Origin: Deferribacterales bacterium
GTDB taxonomy: Bacteria; Chrysiogenota; Deferribacteres; Deferribacterales; Geovibrionaceae
NCBI GenBank assembly: GCA_050253335.1
Contig: JBFWJG010000035.1
Span: 1 to 28,914 of the forward strand
Length of the DNA stretch: 28,914 bases
Reading direction: 5' to 3'
Translations under genes and position numbers: made by a program
The notes under the pieces: model-generated
What the model was told of the DNA's origin: nothing
Database searches by the model: none
What the model saw: the letters and a program-made list of their open reading frames with translations, nothing else
Shown here: positions 25,085 to 28,914 of the stretch, piece by piece
Layout: each line of letters begins with the position of its first letter
How positions within the stretch are numbered: position 1 is the first letter of the stretch

Positions 25085-26185
25085 TCACCTCATATGTTTT
25101 ATTGGAGAACTCTCATCAATAATGATTGTTTCTATATCTAACTCTTTGTTTATCCTTTCCGCCAGATGCTCCATGTAGCATCTTTCTGTTTCAAAATGCC
25201 CCGCGTCCACAATGCACACGCCGGCCTCATAAGCGTCCAGCGCGTCATGGTGCTTCATGTCCCCCGTGAGGAGGAGCTTAACGCCGCTCTGTTTCCACAT
25301 GGAGGCTCCGCTGCCTGTGATTATGCCGAAGCCGCTGAACTGTGTATCAAGGGGAAATCCGTTGTAGCGCACGCTTTCGCAGCCGAGTTTTGTTTTCACC
25401 GTTTCCAGAAACTCTGCCAGAGTGAATTCTTTTCCGAAACTGCACCGTCTGCCGAGGGAAAACTCAGTGCCTATCTCCATTTTGTAGACATCATAGGCCA
25501 CTTCCTCATAGGGGTGAGCCTTTATGACCTCTTCAATGAGACGGCTGAGATTAGGCGCAGTCACGACAGTTTCTATGCGGTATTCCTCCACCCTTTCAAG
25601 CTCGTCCTTCTTGCCTATGAAAGGGTTTGCGCCTTCCATGGGGAGGAAGGTTCCGGTTCCTTCTATATTGAATGTAACTTTTGAGTAGTTTCCGATGATT
25701 CCGGCTCCCGCTCTGTCTATAGCGTCACGCACAGCTTCCTCATGCCCTTTGGGAACGAAAACCGCATACTTGTACCAGTTTTCCTTTCCCTCTTTCACGA
25801 GTCCGCCTTCCACGGATGCGCCGAGTTTTTCTGCCAGATAGTCGTTTAAGCTGAAGTCCGCAAGGTCTGCGGATGTGTGGTATGAAATGATGCTGAGGTT
25901 TGCCTGAACGGCTTTTATGATTTTTCTTCCGAGTGCGTTTGCGGGATTTATGCTTTTGAGCTTGTCAAAAAAAAGGGGGTGATGAGTAATAAGTAACTCA
26001 CACCCCGCATCAATTGCTTTGTTTATCGCCCCTTCACTGGGATCCAGCGCCAGAGCTGCCTTTCGGGTTTCAGCATCCGGACTGAGGCAGATTTGCAGTC
26101 CGGAGTTGTCCCAAGTGTACTGTCTGGACTGAGATACTGCATGTTTTTCAAGAAAAGCGATTACGTTTTTTATGCTGCTGCTCAT
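25085..26185 (-). CDS. Nif3-like dinuclear metal-centre protein (YqfO type with PII-like insert)
   Basis: WDNSGLQ, ITHHPL, HTSAD, insert KYAVFVP...GAG.IGNYS...HPYEEVAYD, GDMKHH, DAGHFETE. Start moved to ATG 26185 because the track start at 26212 lies inside the tRNA. Confidence 0.92.
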   Translation of the reverse strand: MSSSIKNVIAFLEKHAVSQSRQYTWDNSGLQICLSPDAETRKAALALDPSEGAINKAIDAGCELLITHHPLFFDKLKSINPANALGRKIIKAVQANLSIISYHTSADLADFSLNDYLAEKLGASVEGGLVKEGKENWYKYAVFVPKGHEEAVRDAIDRAGAGIIGNYSKVTFNIEGTGTFLPMEGANPFIGKKDELERVEEYRIETVVTAPNLSRLIEEVIKAHPYEEVAYDVYKMEIGTEFSLGRRCSFGKEFTLAEFLETVKTKLGCESVRYNGFPLDTQFSGFGIITGSGASMWKQSGVKLLLTGDMKHHDALDAYEAGVCIVDAGHFETERCYMEHLAERINKELDIETIIIDESSPIKHMR

Positions 26186-26204
26186 AATTTTATTTAGAAA
26201 AAAA

Positions 26205-26278
26205 TGGGCCAACTAGGAATCGAACCTAGGACCTCCCGGTTATGAGCCGGAGGCTCTAGCCAACTGAGCTATTGGCCC
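26205..26278 (-). tRNA. tRNA with CAT anticodon, most likely tRNA-Ile2 (lysidine-modified); CCA not encoded
   Basis: Minus-strand cloverleaf: GGGCCAA TA GCTC AGTTGGCTA GAGC C TCCGG CTCATAA CCGGG AGGTC CTAGG TTCGATT CCTAG TTGGCCC A. G1-C72 excludes the initiator tRNA. C4-G69 and C5-G68 are TilS determinants. Confidence 0.93.
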
Positions 26279-26304
26279 TTTATCCCGTTAAAAACGAGAA
26301 GGTT

Positions 26305-26333
26305 GTTTTACTTAAATATTAAAGCTTTGTCAA
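26305..26333 (-). promoter_or_regulatory. Putative sigma70 promoter for the tRNA/nif3 unit
   Basis: Minus strand TTGACA (26333-26328), 17-bp spacer, TAAAAC (26310-26305), 26 nt upstream of the tRNA. Confidence 0.6.
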
Positions 26334-26336
26334 GAG

Positions 26337-28274
26337 CTATTCTACAAAAGTTTTAAGAATTCTGCTTCTGGTGGGGTGGCGCAGTTTTCTTAAAGCTTTA
26401 GCCTCAATCTGCCTGATGCGCTCACGGGTTACGCTGAACTGTTTGCCCACTTCCTCAAGGGTGTGGTCGGATTCGCAGTCGATTCCGAAACGCAGCTTGA
26501 GAACGTTTGCCTCGCGCTGTGACAGGGTGTTGAGTATCTGCTTCGTATGTTCGCGCAGCTTGAGGTACATAACCTCGTCTGCGGGGTTTGTGGCGCTCTT
26601 ATCTTCTATGAAGTCGCCGAGACTGCTGTCCTCATCCTCGCCTATGGGCGTTTCAAGGGAAACAGGCTCTTTGGCTATCTTCATAACCTTTTTGATCTTC
26701 TCCACGGGGATATCCATCTTCTTGGAAATTTCCTCGGGGGTGGGCTCCCTGCCGTAGTCCTGCTGAAGCTGGCGGGTTATCTTCATCATCTTGTTTATGG
26801 TCTCTATCATGTGCACGGGGATGCGTATAGTGCGCGCCTGATCCGCTATGGCTCTGGTTATGGCCTGACGAATCCACCACGTGGCATATGTGGAGAACTT
26901 GTAGCCTCGTTTATATTCAAACTTCTCAACAGCCTTCATGAGCCCTATGTTCCCTTCCTGAATCAGGTCGAGGAACTGGAGGCCTCTGTTGGTGTATTTC
27001 TTGGCGATGGAAACAACAAGACGAAGGTTCGCCTCGATAAGCTTGCTTTTAGCGTTTTCCGTTTCCCTTTCACCCAGAAGAAGCCCTTCGTAAATAAGCT
27101 CAAGCTCCTGCTTGTCGCAGCCGAGTTTTTTGTATTCTTTAAGCAGAGTGTCACGCGCCTTGGAGAATTTCTTGACCACAAGCTCTTTCTCTCCGGCGGA
27201 CTTGCCGGTGTCGTCACAGGCTTTCATAATCTCTTCATCGGTGATTTCAAGAGGGTCTTTTGAGGCTGTGATTTTCATAAGGCGGAGAAGCTTGCGGATG
27301 TCGCTCTGGGAGTCGATGACTCTGGAGTACATCTCTCTTATATCGTTGGCAATCTGGCATATTCTGGAGTAGTTCACCTTGATTTCAAGGAGTTTTTCGG
27401 TAATCTCGTCCACTGTGGACTGACGCTGTCTGTTCACCTCGATCATGTCTTCGACGTTGATCGAGCCGTCCTTGATTCTGGCGGCGAGTTCTATGTTCTC
27501 TTTCAGTTTTAGGTTTATGTCCTCGAAGATGCTGACAAACTGGGCGCGCATCTGCGCTTCCCTGTCTTCGGCGGCTGCGGCGGCGGCGCTTTTGGCCTTT
27601 TCTATCTCTTCCACAGCCTCGGCGACTGTTTTCTGGGGAGCGGCCTCTTCTTTTTCCTCGGCGTCTTCCTCGGACTCGTCAAAGCTTTCTTCCTCGGCTT
27701 CCTCGCTCTCGGCTTCCGCATCGTGCTCGGTGTCGTCAAAGTCTATTTCGCCGGATTCAAAGTCAAGCTCGTCATCCACATCCACTATATCTTTCAGCCT
27801 CATGGAACCGTCGTTTATGGCTTCGGCTATTTCCATGATCTTTTTGGCAGTGGTGGGGAAAAGCAGAACGCTTCTGATAACCTTGCTCTGTCCGTCCTCG
27901 ATTTCCCTTGCGACCTGAATCTCCTCCTCCCTGTTGAGAAGGGGAATATTGCCCATCTCCTTCAGATAAAGGCGCACGGGGTCATCCGTGCTCATGGAGT
28001 CCTCAACACCGGTTTTCAGTGCGGCAAGAACTTCGTCATCCTCATCAACTTCGTCATCTTCATCATCTGCGGAAAGAAGGCTGCTGTTCTTGGATTTAGA
28101 ATCTATAACATCGATCTTGAGCTGCGCCAGAAGCATGAGTATTTCATCAATGAACTCTGCCGAACTCATCTCTTCCGGCAGGATGTCGTTTATCTCGTCA
28201 AAAGTGAGAAATCCCTTCTCTTTCCCCAGCGCGATAATCTGTTTAACTTCCGGGGTCTTAATCTTTTTCGACAT
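26337..28274 (-). CDS. rpoD: RNA polymerase primary sigma factor RpoD
   Basis: Region 1.1 ([16 protein letters not shown]), [67 protein letters not shown]. Confidence 0.98.
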   Translation of the reverse strand: MSKKIKTPEVKQIIALGKEKGFLTFDEINDILPEEMSSAEFIDEILMLLAQLKIDVIDSKSKNSSLLSADDEDDEVDEDDEVLAALKTGVEDSMSTDDPVRLYLKEMGNIPLLNREEEIQVAREIEDGQSKVIRSVLLFPTTAKKIMEIAEAINDGSMRLKDIVDVDDELDFESGEIDFDDTEHDAEAESEEAEEESFDESEEDAEEKEEAAPQKTVAEAVEEIEKAKSAAAAAAEDREAQMRAQFVSIFEDINLKLKENIELAARIKDGSINVEDMIEVNRQRQSTVDEITEKLLEIKVNYSRICQIANDIREMYSRVIDSQSDIRKLLRLMKITASKDPLEITDEEIMKACDDTGKSAGEKELVVKKFSKARDTLLKEYKKLGCDKQELELIYEGLLLGERETENAKSKLIEANLRLVVSIAKKYTNRGLQFLDLIQEGNIGLMKAVEKFEYKRGYKFSTYATWWIRQAITRAIADQARTIRIPVHMIETINKMMKITRQLQQDYGREPTPEEISKKMDIPVEKIKKVMKIAKEPVSLETPIGEDEDSSLGDFIEDKSATNPADEVMYLKLREHTKQILNTLSQREANVLKLRFGIDCESDHTLEEVGKQFSVTRERIRQIEAKALRKLRHPTRSRILKTFVE

Positions 28275-28279
28275 CTACC

Positions 28280-28914
28280 CTAAACCTCCGATTTCTTATC
28301 AATAACTTCGTTCCGAACCAGACTGTTCTGAAGACGGAGAAGTTCCATCTTCTCCTCAAAAGAAGCCGCTTCGGATATTTTTTTGGTCATGTTTTTCTTG
28401 AAAGCAGGCATAGCATTGCTGATGATCTTACCCCTGTTTTCCATTGCGGAACGGTAATAATCTTCCTGAGACTCTTGCTGGATACGCATTTCAGCAATAT
28501 CCTCACCCACTTCGGGATCATTGACAAGAATTTCGATACTACCACCTTCACTAAAAACTTCAACCAGTTTTTTAAATATTTTCCGCGCAACCGGATCATG
28601 AAAATAGGATTCGGCAACGCCTTCGGTAAGTCTCTGTCCCAGATCTTCGGGAAGCTGGAACAGGCTTGAGAGGAAATGCCTCTCGCATATATAATTCAGT
28701 CCTGCTGAATTGGTCTTCTTTAAGTTAGTTTTGGCAAGAGAAAGATCAACGTCTTTTTTCATAATGTCTGGATCAACATCAAAGCGCTTCGCAACGGCTT
28801 CAAGGTAATGCGCTTTTCTGTAGGGATCCTTTATGCGCATGAGCTTCTCTTTTATTCTGCCTAAATTCACAAGCTTTCTGTTGAAGTCCGAGGACTTAGC
28901 CCTCAGAAGATCGA
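28280..28914 (-). CDS. dnaG: DNA primase, C-terminal (DnaB-binding) region; 5' part outside the window
   Basis: The frame is open to the window edge (DLLRAKSSDFNRKLVNLG...). Helical DPYRKAHYLEAVAKRFDV and ERHFLSSL segments. It ends 5 nt before rpoD, matching the dnaG-rpoD operon. No catalytic motifs are visible, so the call rests largely on synteny. Confidence 0.8.
   Translation of the reverse strand, partial: DLLRAKSSDFNRKLVNLGRIKEKLMRIKDPYRKAHYLEAVAKRFDVDPDIMKKDVDLSLAKTNLKKTNSAGLNYICERHFLSSLFQLPEDLGQRLTEGVAESYFHDPVARKIFKKLVEVFSEGGSIEILVNDPEVGEDIAEMRIQQESQEDYYRSAMENRGKIISNAMPAFKKNMTKKISEAASFEEKMELLRLQNSLVRNEVIDKKSEV

Noticed and set aside
26186..26212. ORF-track N-terminal extension of nif3 (MAHFFLNKI)
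   Set aside because: It begins inside the tRNA acceptor stem. ATG 26185 fits the family N-terminus better.
26205..26278. tRNA as an island or prophage integration site
   Set aside because: I saw no duplicated tRNA 3' end and no integrase. The flanking genes are core genes.
26371..28305. Several + strand ORFs of 86-238 aa
   Set aside because: Antisense to rpoD. The Ser/Phe-rich translations simply mirror its Glu/Asp/Lys codons.

Overview
This is a gene-dense bacterial chromosomal window, mostly housekeeping genes. The gene set and protein style suggest an anaerobic diderm such as Deferribacterota (Geovibrio/Denitrovibrio-like); this taxonomy is inferred and unverified. Gene order: mltG (partial), ppx/gppA, DUF445, two tandem EAL+YkuI_C-like genes (+); cls and a TIGR01212 radical SAM gene (-); an AT-richer Fic-wHTH gene (+); a long + run of trm112-like, nnr, tsaE, two small unknowns, valS, nadC, a Cys-less TlpA-like gene, trxB, DUF2914 and rsmI; a membrane protein and a 936-aa TPR lipoprotein (-); a polar amino-acid ABC transporter (+); and dnaG (partial), rpoD, tRNA-Ile2(CAT), nif3, Zn-ribbon and rnhA (-). 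I saw no CRISPR array, rRNA, transposase or integrase. The most unusual signal is around the fic gene, where one heptamer (TACTAAT/ATTAGTA) recurs six times. It forms (i) a perfect 13-bp inverted repeat bounding the divergent-promoter spacer and containing the start/RBS region of both flanking genes, (ii) two TACTAAT-N9-ATTAGTA palindromes on either side of fic, one overlapping the fic -10 box, and (iii) a 10-bp direct repeat at the fic start and stop. This suggests an autoregulated, invertible or cassette-like Fic module. Other points of interest are a cysteine-free thioredoxin-fold protein abutting trxB, Cys-rich tandem EAL paralogs, and a slippery run joining two orphan ORFs.
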